Source: Haliotis cracherodii (Eukaryota). From it: DNA of 64,000 bases. The notes under the pieces were generated by a model that searched no databases, was not told the DNA's origin, and was given only the letters and a program-made list of their open reading frames with translations. A program made the position numbers and the translations under genes. The stretch covers positions 12,400,001 through 12,464,000 of the forward strand of contig NW_027266270.1 of assembly GCF_022045235.1 (NCBI RefSeq). The letters run 5' to 3'. Positions 1 through 11,296 of this stretch are shown here, piece by piece. The first letter of the stretch is position 1. Every line of letters begins with the position of its first letter.

Positions 1-91
1 CGACATTAGTCTGAACGCACATGTTGCTATATAAGTGCACTAATCTTGAACACCATGTCACCTCACCCCACACTATCTGCATTACCCCTTA

Positions 92-241
92 CATGGGCGG
101 ATAAAGAGGGGGGGTGCGGGGCTGCGCACACCCCCTTTTTATTTCGAAAAAAATCTTTATTTCTGTATAATCTACCACCAAAGACAATAAATAGATCTTA
201 ATTATGCACCCCCCTTTTCAAAAAAGCTGTATCCGCCCATG
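92..241. mobile_element. MITE with short TIRs; a related partial copy lies at about 45264-45401
   Basis: Ends CATGGGCGGATA...TATCCGCCCATG, flanked by CCTTA on both sides; the internal sequence is repeated at 45290-45401. Confidence 0.75.
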
Positions 242-290
242 CCTTACTTAATGCTAAGGTCCTTCAGACTCAAATCTCACTCAAAGCTAC

Positions 291-3053
291 CTTCAGTGAC
301 AGCCTGTATGTAGTTATCTCCCCCTTGTTCCACAAACAGATCCCAGGTGGCAGGCTGAGGCAGCTGGTTGATGACAGATGCTACTTTCTGTACTTTGATC
401 CTCTCCTCCAAAAGGTTGTCCCAGAGCCCTGAAAAGAGAGTGACACATCTTACCTCCCTGCTGGAAACATCACTAACAAATGACCTTGCATTTGTAGCAG
501 GGCGTGGAGTCGTCCCACAGATGACTTCCTTACCTTGTCAGCTTGCTGACGGAGTTAACCTCTTTGATCATGTGGACAAGGCGTCCGACCTTGGATCAGA
601 AGGTCCCTGGTTCAAATCCCATCACGGGACTCGGAAATTTTATGGCTGCTACGCTGGCGCCCAACATGAGGCTGAGCAAGTTCATATAAATTTGAGCAAA
701 ATAAGCCTCAGTACCCTATTATGCGGCCCAGGACGTGCCTTCCGTTGACTAGGGAGTATGTAGCAGGGTGTGGAGTCATCCCACAGATGACATCCTTACC
801 TTGTCAGATTGCTGATGGGGTTAACCTCTTTGGTCATGTGGACAAGGCGTCCGACCTCGGATCAGAAGGTCCGTGGTTCGAATCCCATCAAGGGACTCGG
901 AAATCTTATAGCCGCTACACATACATGACTACAAGCTCCTAACAATCCTAAGTTTTATAACTTGTTCCTAACCCTTTTCCATTTGTGAATAAAATATGTA
1001 CTGTATTGTACTGTATTATATGCATCTTAATGACATTTATACCAAACCGTTTCCACTGATTTTACCAGTCCCTCATAACCTCCGGGTGGTTTCTGTACAT
1101 TCAGCTATTTACTGTTTTATTAAAATGTTTTAATTCCAAGAAGAATGTAATCTGCATGATATGACTCTACAGAAAGTGAGACTTAAATAAACAACTTTTC
1201 TCTCTCATTATACTATCAATCTTGGGGTTGGCTAAACAAAGATGAATTTAACTGATGCCATCACACAAAATGCATGTGGTATTGTACATTGTGTACATTT
1301 GTGTTCAGATATCATTCCAAAGACAATGTCTCAGCTTGATATTCTTACACAATACAACCCTGAAACCTGGCACTGAAACATCACAGGTCCTCAGAGTTTG
1401 TAGCTAGCCCTGCTTGAACAAGTAAAAAATGTTTACGATGTTTACATTTTCTGTCGAGTATTATTCAGCAAAATTAAAACATTAAGAACTGGTTCAGAAT
1501 TATAGACCTCAAATGCTACTAAGCAATGAAGACTACCATCACTGGATTTTTACAATAGTAGTCTCCTGCTAACGAACTTGCATGAATATCAAAGACTGAG
1601 CACTAGCCAGCTTTTCCGAATTTTAAAATGGCATTCAATGACTTCAAATGCCCAGGATAATTTGGAAAATTGTCCAACTTTGAACCACACTTAAACTAGT
1701 TTTTCAACCAATCAGATGACAGCACATGGGTGCAATAGAAACATCAGATTACAGTAAACTAAGGTTATAACGAACTCAAAGGGATCTCAAATTTTAGTTC
1801 GTTTTAACCGTAGTTGGTTATGAGCATATATTCAGCAGTTGGCCGAGACCAAAAAAACAGTTAGTTATATCTGCCAGTTCGTTATAAACGTAGTTTACTG
1901 TTTGTTATTCCTGACATGTTACCTAGCTGAGATTGGGCTGCTTTCCCCTTCTGAATCTCCTCGCTCTGGTTGGTCCGGGAGAAACTCTCGATCCCTCCGT
2001 CTGGGACGACACAACACAAAACGATGGATAAATATTCAAATATCATTCATGCAAACGTAGGGCTGGCTATCGATGTAGATCATAGAGAACGATGATCGCA
2101 AATAATATTGATCAGTTGTCGATAAATATTGGAGAAGTACCTTTAAGCAAATATGCAAGAAAGTACCAGAAGAAATCAACATATTTTACTTCACTGGTGA
2201 GCAGTGACACATTTATGCAGGTATTACTTTGTGGACATTTGAGATATAACAAAAATAGTTGCTTTCCATCTTCAACAATTGACATTGTTGACAATAACAA
2301 GTCTGTTTCGGTAAATCTAAACTTTATTTCATTACAATTGTCTTTGTAAGTTATTATCGATGACAACAATTTCATATCGATAATCATTAATATTTCTTCC
2401 CATTGATGATAATTCTTTTTATCAATCTTTTTAGCCAGCACTTGTATATGTTTGGCAGTGCGAAGACACGACTACTCCGTCGTAAAACATGACAGAGGAA
2501 TGTACTGTATAAAATTCCCGATTTATTGAGGTATCAGATTTCATCCAAAGTAGACCCGTGAAATCCGGGGTAGAATAGGTCTTCAGCAACCCATGCTTGC
2601 CGTAAAAGGCGACTAAGCTTGTCTCTGACTTGGCTGATGCATGTCATCATATCTCAATTGTATGGATTGATGCTTATGATGTCAAACCCTGGATCGTCTG
2701 ATGGCAGTCTGTAAATAATAGTCTGAACCAGACAATCCAGAGATTGACATCATGACCATCGATCCAAGCAATTGGGACCCATGACATGCAGCAACCAAGT
2801 CAGCAAGCCGGACCACCCGATCCTGTTAGTCGCCTCTTACGACAAGCTTAGTCGCCTTTTACGACAAGCATGGGTTGCTGCAGACCTATTCTACCCTGAA
2901 TCTTCCTGGGTCAAATGTACTGTGAGAATGCATAGAACTTAAATCTGCAACCAGATTACCCTCTTGTTCCTCCTCCTCATCTTCTATTTCAGACTCTTCA
3001 GTATCTTTCTCCTTCTTGTCATCTTCTTCATCACCATCATCTTCCTCACTGCC

Positions 3054-3113
<60 letters not shown>

Positions 3114-3938
3114 TGCATATTTGCTGTAGTCTCCATCATCCTCAAAACTTCATTAAAAAGAGACATTAAATTAGTTGCAACTTAATGATTTTATCTAAAA
3201 AAGTAAAAAAAATGTAGTTTTTCTCAATCACAAATTACATATTTAAGTTATATAAAAAATAACACTTCATTACACTATTCTATGACTGAGATACTATGAT
3301 GCCTGGGTTTTTTAGCATGATAAGCATTTATCATATACTTCAGTGTGAAAGACTGAGTTTTCTTTGCCAGTCGTGAAAATATCTTCTTCCACCCCCCTCA
3401 CTCGACGAGAGAAACACGATATTTCACTTGACGCATGAAATATCCTATATGTCTTCAACAGTGTTTTGTTCTAGAGAAGTAGACATTAAATTAAGGTGTG
3501 AATGAGAGGGTTTGTGTGTATCACTGGAGTGAGTGAGTATGGTTTTACGCCGCTTTTAACAATATTCCAGCAATATCATGGCATGGGGACACCAGAAATG
3601 GGCTTCACACATTGTACCCATATCAGGAATCGAACCCGGGTCTTCGGCGTGACAAGCCAGCGCTTAAACCACTGGGCTACCTGACCGCCCCGTTTATCAC
3701 TGGAAATGACACAACACTTGATCAATGTTATGCATGTGAATACAGTCTACCGACTGACACACAGTATTGGTATTATTAACCTTGAAATTATCAGATTTCA
3801 TATGATTATGGAAAGGGCTTTGTCACTTTTATTTACAGAATTAAGTGTGTGTCAACATGCTTTCTATCTCTTACCTAAATTCCTTCTTTTCAGTGCTCAA
3901 TTTTGACCTAAACTTTTGTAAATCTGAATCATCAATTG

Positions 3939-3975
<37 letters not shown>

Positions 3976-5265
3976 GTTGTCATCTTCATCATCATCGATG
4001 TCATCGTCGTCTTCATCTTCATTATCACTCTCATCTTTATCATCCATGCTTTCATCTCCTCCCCTCAAGGATTTTTCCAGTGCATCAATTGCAGATTGAT
4101 CGATTTCATCATCTGTAAGATTTAAAAGGACACTTCAGTATGTTCAAAAAGAATATATCAGACATGAAACCAGTTCTGGCTGAAATAATGCTGATGCGAC
4201 GTTAAATTTTAAATTAAATTAAATCGCTCACTCTCATAACGTTGTACAGTCGAACAGAATTATCTTGAATGTTTCTGTATACAACAGACAAATTGTTGGT
4301 CATGGCACAAGCATGTTTAGATGTGCCGGTTGCAATATCGTTTGCCAACAAGAACGTCTTTTGAAGGCATTTTCAACAGCTATTTGAAAAAATGCAATCA
4401 TCCAGTTGATGTTTTCTTTGTGATATACCTGAGTCATCATCTTTGGATATTTTCTTCAGAGCTTTCCGCGTCACTTTTGTCCCTGCATATCTGTTATCAG
4501 AATCAGCTAGTCCAGCAACTGTTTGTCTGCGGAGCTGGCTAAATTGGTTGTCATCATCATCAAAGTCTTCATCATAATCTTTTTCAACAATCTTTGCAGC
4601 AGTATCTGGAAATCAGAGACACAATTTACTTAATGTAAAATTTCTGTTGTTCCTAAGGTCATTTTACTTCCTATATAGGCTAATCATCATGTTTAATATA
4701 GACTAGAAACTTTCAGTTATACCTTAACTACCTGAGATAATAACTTTACAACCTATTACAAGTGGAAATGGAGTAAACATTAATAATTCGGGATACCTAT
4801 TTTACAATATTCATATTTAATCGTTTTAGATGAATAAGCACATGCGGAAAATGTGTTAAACCATGTTAAACCAATGCACCGACATTATGCGTTTGCCGAT
4901 GGTATGTACGTTATTTATATTAAAAATCTTGAAATTATCTGTATCCTAATGGTGACATATCACTAGATGTAAACACTGATGCTGTCCTGACAACATTATG
5001 TTCATGTATATTGACATCATCCTGATGTGGATTAATTAACCGTCTCCTGCTTGTTGGTAAACTAATGATGATCGAAAACTGGACAGAACATACATTCATT
5101 CCCATGTGGTCCTGTACATATACTGTTATTGGACTATTCATGTCCCTTATTTTCAACACTTCATGTTTATTCAACATAATTACCGTCATCTATGTCGTCC
5201 TCGGGATCTTTGAACACCGGTGTTGGGTTAGCTAGTTTCGCAAGTTCCTCACTGAGAGAAGCCAT
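291..5265 (-). CDS. AATF: AATF/Che-1/Bfr2 homolog, 5' part. Coding exons 5265-5184, 4605-4429, 4112-3875, 3147-2960, 2000-1923 and 428-291; the gene continues beyond position 1
   Basis: The GT-AG exons join in phase. Translation: MASLSEELAKLANPTPVFKDPEDD..TAAKIVE..LRRQTVAGLADSDNRYAGTKVTRKAL..(poly-D/E)..ESFSRTNQSEEIQKGKAAQSQLGLWDNLLEERIKVQKVASVINQLPQ. This matches AATF motifs ([55 protein letters not shown]..NQLPQ). Confidence 0.92.
493..919 (+). mobile_element. TRIM (miniature non-autonomous LTR element) with tRNA-derived LTRs, Helenus-like
   Basis: Two 161-bp direct repeats (493-653 and 759-919) with ends TGTAGC...GCTACA/G. PBS TGGCGCCCAACATGAGGC at 655-672 (tRNA-Lys type); purine tract AGGGAGTA before LTR2; tRNA-Arg-like segment inside each LTR; imperfect 4-bp flank CATT/CATA. 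Confidence 0.85.
1752..1900. mobile_element. Tc1/pogo-type MITE; a related copy lies at about 51291-51450
   Basis: TIRs CAGTAAACTAAGGTTATAACGAAC / GTTCGTTATAAACGTAGTTTACTG, with TA on the left flank. Confidence 0.65.
2553..2913. mobile_element. Two SINE copies (family 3) arranged tail-to-tail in an AATF intron
   Basis: GACCCGTGAAATCCGGGGTAGAATAGGTCTTCAGCAACCCATGCTTG at 2553 and its reverse complement ending about 2913. The same family recurs at about 9965, 20530, 35924, 39350, 56787 and 63630. Confidence 0.75.
3527..3691 (-). mobile_element. tRNA-derived SINE (family 1)
   Basis: Minus strand reads GGGGCGG..GTAGCCCAGTGG (A box)..GGTTCGATTCC (B box)..GCGGCGTAAAACC-(ACTC)n tail. Confidence 0.85.
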
Positions 5266-6057
5266 GATGTGCCTGCGTTTCGACTTGGCTCCTGTCTACT
5301 TAAACTTGAAAATATACATAAAACCGCTAAGTTTGCGGCGCGTTCCAGCAGTGGAACCAGTTTAAGCGCTATGACATTACTGTTATAATGCGCATAATGT
5401 ATGATGGCCATTCGGTCAAAAAATACAAAGTTGAAAAAAAGGACAAAAGTACACAATAAAGGTGAAATATAACGAATAAAGAACCAGATGTTACTGATAA
5501 AGGTCAAAATACAAAACAAACAGACGCCGGTTAAACAAATACAAAGTTGTAATAAAGGTCGAAAGTGCGCAATATATATAGTCAAATGCTACGAAATGAA
5601 TGCATGTATTAGTAGACGCGAAACCAGTAAGGGGGGTCATTGCCGATTATTGGGATATATGGTCAACTCTCTGCGGAGTTGCGTCCCATTAGAGTGCCAG
5701 GATGCTATGGTCGTGGGCTCCAATACCATTTTCACAATTATTTTGGTCCTTGTAAGCATGGTTTCGTATTTTTGGGTTTCCCAATGAGCCTAAGAAAGTT
5801 TACATTAAGTATTTGTCAGTACGTGAGAGTGTATACAAACGGAAAATCTCTGACATCGAAAAAATCAATGATTAACAGCATGACACAGAATGGGGGAAGG
5901 AGGGGCACATAAGTTCATACTGCCAGGCGTTTGGTTGAACACGGCTTGCTAGACATCAACACATCGTACAGAAAGCCCAAACAACAGACTACATGTTACA
6001 ACCCGACAAAATGTTTTTTTAATGATGTACACAACAATATTCTGTCAACTAAAAGAC

Positions 6058-9000
6058 GATGAGGTCCGACAGTCGAGATAGGACACTATATCATGCACGA
6101 TGAGGTCCGACAGTCGAGATAGGACACTATATCATGCACGATGAGGTCCGACAGTCCAGATAGGACACTATATCATGCACGATGAGGTTCGACAGTCGAG
6201 ATAGGATACTATATCATGCACGATGAGGTCCGACAGTCGAGATAGGACACTATATCATTTAGATGACGTCCGACAGTCGAGATAGGACACTATATCATGC
6301 ACGATGAGGTTCGACAGTCGAGATAGGACACTATATCATGCACGATGAGGTTCGACAGTCGAGATAGGACACTATATCATGCTCGATGAGGTCCGACAGT
6401 TGAGATAGGACACTATATCATGCACGATGAGGTACGACAGTCGAGATAGGACACTCTATCATGCACGATGAGGTCCGACAGTCGAGATAGGACACTATAT
6501 CATTTAGATGAGGTCCGACAGTTGAGATAGGACACTATATCATTTAGATGAGGTCCGACAGTCGAGATAGGACACTATATCATGCACGATGAGGTCCGAC
6601 AGTCGAGATAGGACACTATATCATGCACGATGAGGTCCGACAGTCCAGATAGGACACTATATCATGCACGATGAGGTTCGACAGTCGAGATAGGATACTA
6701 TATCATGCACGATGAGGTCCGACAGTCGAGATAGGACACTATATCATTTAGATGACGTCCGACAGTCGAGATAGGACACTATATCATGCACGATGAGGTT
6801 CGACAGTCGAGATAGGACACTATATCATGCACGATGAGGTTCGACAGTCGAGATAGGACACTATATCATGCTCGATGAGGTCCGACAGTTGAGATAGGAC
6901 ACTATATCATGCACGATGAGGTACGACAGTCGAGATAGGACACTCTATCATGCACGATGAGGTCCGACAGTCGAGATAGGACACTATATCATTTAGATGA
7001 GGTCCGACAGTTGAGATAGGACACTATATCATTTAGATGAGGTCCGACAGTCGAGATAGGACACTATATCATGCACGATGAGGTCCGACAGTCGAGATAG
7101 GACACTATATCATGCACGATGAGGTTCGACAGTCGAGATAGGATACTATATCATGCACGATGAGGTCCGACAGTCGAGATAGGACACTATATCATTTAGA
7201 TGAGGTCCGACAGTTGAGATAGGACACTATATCATGCACGATGAGGTACGACAGTCGAGATAGGACACTGTATCATGCACGATGACGTACGACAGTGGAG
7301 ATAGGACACTATATCATTTAGATGAGGTTCGACAGTGGAGATAGGACACTATTTCATGCACGATGAGGTCCGACTGTCGAGATAGGACACTATATCATGC
7401 ACGATAAGGTCCGACAGTCGAGATAGGACACTATATCATGCACGATGAGGTCCGACAGTCGAGATAGGACACTATATCATGCACGATGAGGTCCGACAGT
7501 TGAGATAGGACACTATATCATGCACGATGAGGTACGACAGTGGAGATAGGACACTATATCATGAACGATGAGGTCCGACAGTCGAGATAGGACACTATAT
7601 CATTTATATGAGGTCCGACAGTCGAGATAGGACACTATATCATGCACGATGAGGTTCGACAGTCGATATAGGACACTATATCATGCACGATGAGGTTCGA
7701 CAGTCGAGATAGGACACTGTATCATGCACGATGACGTACGACAGTCGAGATAGGACACTATATCATTTAGATGAGGTTCGACTGTCGAGATAGGACACTA
7801 TATCATGCACGATTAGGTCCGACAGTCGAGATAGGACACTATATCATGCACGATGAGGTTCGACAGTCGAGATAGGACACTATATCATGCACGATGACGT
7901 TAGACAGTCGAGATAGGACACTATATCATGCACGATGAGTGAGTGAGTGAGTTGGGTTTAACGCCGCTTTTAACAGTATTCCAGTTATATCGCGGCGTGT
8001 CAGCTTAATGTGGGAGGAAAGCCCCAAGTGATGTAGGTCTCAGACGTTTACCACTTCGGTGAAACCCACGAGCACGGGTATGGTGCTGACAGACCTAGAA
8101 ACATAATTGGGGCGAACCGGGATTCGAACCCACAATCATAGGTTTCTGGCGTGTCCAAGGGACGCAACTCTGCACAGCGAATCGCATGCACGATGAAGTA
8201 CGACAGTCGATATAGGACACTAAATCATGCACGATGAGGTTCGACAGTCGAGATAGGACACTATATCATGCACGATTAGGTCCGACAGTCCAGATAGGAC
8301 ACTATATCATGCACGATGATGTCCGACAGTCGAGATAGGATACTATATCATGCACGATGACGTTCGACAGTCGAGATAGGACACAATATCATTTAGATGA
8401 GGTACGACAGTCGATATAGGACACTAAATCATGCACGATGAGGTTCGACAGTCGAGATAGGACACTATATCATGCACGATGAGGTCCGACAGTTGAGATA
8501 GGACACTATATCATGCACGATGAGGTACGACATTCGAGTTAGGACACTATATCATGCACGATGAGGTTCGACAGTCGAGATAGGACACTATATCATGCAC
8601 GATGAGGTTCGACAGTCGAGATAGGACACTATATCATGCACGATGAGGTTCGACAGTCGAGATAGGACACTGTATCATGCACGATGACGTACGACAGTGG
8701 AGATAGGACACTATATCATTTAGATGAGGTTCGACAGTCGAGATAGGACACTATTTCATGCACGATGAGGTCCAACAGTCGAGATAGGACACTATATCAT
8801 GCACGATGAGGTCCGACAGTCGAGATAGGACACTGTATCATGCACGATGACGTACGACAGTGGAGATAGGACACTATATCATTTAGATGAGGTTCGACAG
8901 TCGAGATAGGACACTATTTCATGCAGGATGAGGTCCGACAGTCGAGATAGGACACTATAGCATGCACGATTAGGTCCGACAGTCGAGATAGGACACTATA

Positions 9001-9138
9001 TCATGCACGATGAGGTCCGACAGTCGAGATAGGACACTATATCATGCACGATGACGTTCGACAGTCGAGATAGGACACTATTTCATGCACGATGAGGTCC
9101 GACAGTTGAGATAGTACACTATATCATGCACGATGAGG
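6058..9138. repeat. 41-bp tandem satellite/minisatellite array (about 70 units) with a 489-bp higher-order duplication
   Basis: Unit GATGAGGTCCGACAGTCGAGATAGGACACTATATCATGCAC, with a 40-bp variant containing CATTTAGAT. Diagnostic variants recur 489 bp apart (6151/6640, 6382/6871). Confidence 0.97.
7938..8185 (-). mobile_element. 5'-truncated SINE (family 2) inserted in the 41-bp array
   Basis: (GAGT)n tail followed by the family-2 body; flanked by the duplicated CATGCACGATGA. Confidence 0.85.
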
Positions 9139-9261
9139 TTTCACCGAAGTGGTAAACGTCTGAGACCTGCAGCACTTCGGGCTTTCCTCCCACGTTAAGC
9201 TGACACGCCGCGATATAACTGTAATACTGTTAAAAGCGGCGTTAAACACAACTCACTCACT
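9138..9261 (+). mobile_element. 3' part of a family-2 SINE terminating the array
   Basis: GTTTCACCGAAGTGGTAAACGTCTGAGACC...GCGGCGTTAAAC..ACTCACTCACT. Confidence 0.8.
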
Positions 9262-9964
9262 AGTTGAACTGCATGTTTTGTAAGGGCTCTGATGATACAT
9301 TTATACCTGTCCTTCGTGCTGTTTGTGTAGTGAAGGCAAAGTAACTGGATTGCACAACCAACGCTAAAAATAGATCGTTACTGAGTTACAACACACACAT
9401 AGGACATTGGTGATGTCTCGTGGGCCTGGAGAGCTAACGCGCGAATGTGAATACTGACCAAGGAGTGTTTGAGGTAGGTTTTTGTAGAAATATCTTACAT
9501 TTGATGATTTGAAGATCTTTATAACGTTTATTGCTGTGTGCGGAGTGTGGCCTGAGAAACATTCAAAGAAAGCAAATACAATCAAACTTTGACTTTGAGG
9601 ACTTTCAAACATCAGTTGGACTCCGTAAGTGAAGTAGATCAATAATATCGTATTCAGAATATGCAATAGGTAGGAGTGAGTGAGTTACAATGTAACGTTA
9701 CTTCGGCGCTGTTTCAGTCACATTGCCACGAGAACAAGTTTCAATAGCCATAAGCATGTCATATAACTACGTCAAAACTTATCAAACATATTTTAGCATA
9801 AAAGTACACATCTTCAAGAGGCGTGAGAGTTAACTGACTTTAAAGTCATATAAAGTTATACTCAGTTAACTCAGTTAACTTGCCTCGGGAAGATGAAAAG
9901 CACTATTTACAACTGCTTAAAACACTGGCTATAAGGCCACCTCGCAGGATATACTTGTAGGCAT

Positions 9965-10212
9965 ACCCGTGAAGACCCGGGTTGAAATAGGCCTTTAGTA
10001 ACCCATGCTAGCCGTAAAAGGCGACTTGTTGTAAGAGGCGACTAACGGGTCAGGCTCGCTGGCTTGGTTGATGCATGTCATTGAATCCCAATTGTGTAGA
10101 TCGATGCTCATGATATCAATCTCTAGATTGTCGGTCTAGACTCGATTATTTACAGACCACCGTCATCTAGCTGGAATATTGCTGAGGGCAGCGTTAAACA
10201 ACAAACAAAACA
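9965..10212 (+). mobile_element. SINE (family 3)
   Basis: ACCCGTGAAGACCCGGGTT head and GCGTTAAACAACAAACAAA tail. Confidence 0.8.
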
Positions 10213-10789
10213 TGTAGGTGGGATGAATGGGTCGAACATGTGTGTAGAATAACGTATTTAGTAAATATCGATTGAAAACACACCTTAAGAGGACGTCACT
10301 TAATTAACTCAGTAAATCAACATCAATGAGTCAAGTTATTATCTTTGAAATGACCCACTGTTCTTCTAAATGCGAAAGCTCAGAGAGCTTGGTAACGTGG
10401 ACATATTTTTAGGTGGATGACTCATTGAAATGCCGAGTGTCTATTAATAGTACGTGATCATAATAGACTGTCATAAAACGAAATGAACCTCGCGTCAGTG
10501 TATTCAGTCATAATACCACGTGGTGCTTTCTTTGAATGTTACCCAAGTAAAACTCCGCACACTGCACTGAACGTTATAAACATCTTCATATCATTACCGA
10601 TTTTTAGTGATCTATTCATATAATTTTCACCACCATTTTGTCTTTTACGCCTTATACTGTTTTTTTCACAACAGTCCGAGGCGTAAACGAGAAAAAAAAA
10701 ATGGCGGTGAAAATTATATGAATGGATCACTGAAAATCAGTGAAGACACTGGGTGTTCACAAAAAGCGTAAAACGGAGTAAAAGATCTG

Positions 10790-10958
10790 GAGTGAGTGAG
10801 TGAGTATGGTTTTACGCCGCTTTAAGCAATATTCCAGCAATATAACGTCGGTGGACACCAGAAATGGGCTTCACACATTGTACCCATGTCGGGAATCGAA
10901 CCCGGGTCTTCGGCGTGACGAGCGAACGCTTTAACCACTAGGCTACCCGGCCGCCCCG
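10790..10958 (-). mobile_element. tRNA-derived SINE (family 1)
   Basis: Near-identical to 3527-3691; A/B boxes and (ACTC)n tail. Confidence 0.85.
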
Positions 10959-11296
10959 GTAAAATATCTGATCCCAATTAGACAGTCTTGTCTCACAGAC
11001 TTGCTCGCTCTGTGAAGAGAAAATACATGTCATGGTTACATGGTGATTATCCCTTTGAACTAAATATTAATTCAGACAAAGGATGTCATGAATCTCTGTC
11101 ACAAATAGTGATGCACTGTCTGCATATTATGCAAAAGAAGGATTTATTTTTTTCTTGTTTTGCCACATCCTTAACTTTAAAGTTCACGGGGAGCATTATA
11201 TCTAGTGTTTGAGGAACTATCTACACAATTATATATATTCTTATCAATTTTGTTTCAGCAGGAGTAGCTTTAATTCCAGTATCCAACTGATGCAGA

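Noticed and set aside
556-900. Two functional tRNA-Arg genes
   Set aside because: The stems and anticodon loop are degenerate, and both lie within the LTRs of a TRIM.
2964-4118. Poly-Ile, poly-Met, poly-Ser and poly-His ORFs
   Set aside because: They are alternative frames or the opposite strand of the AATF poly-Asp exons.
6058-9138. CRISPR-like array
   Set aside because: The units are contiguous with no unique spacers, there are no cas genes, and the context is eukaryotic.
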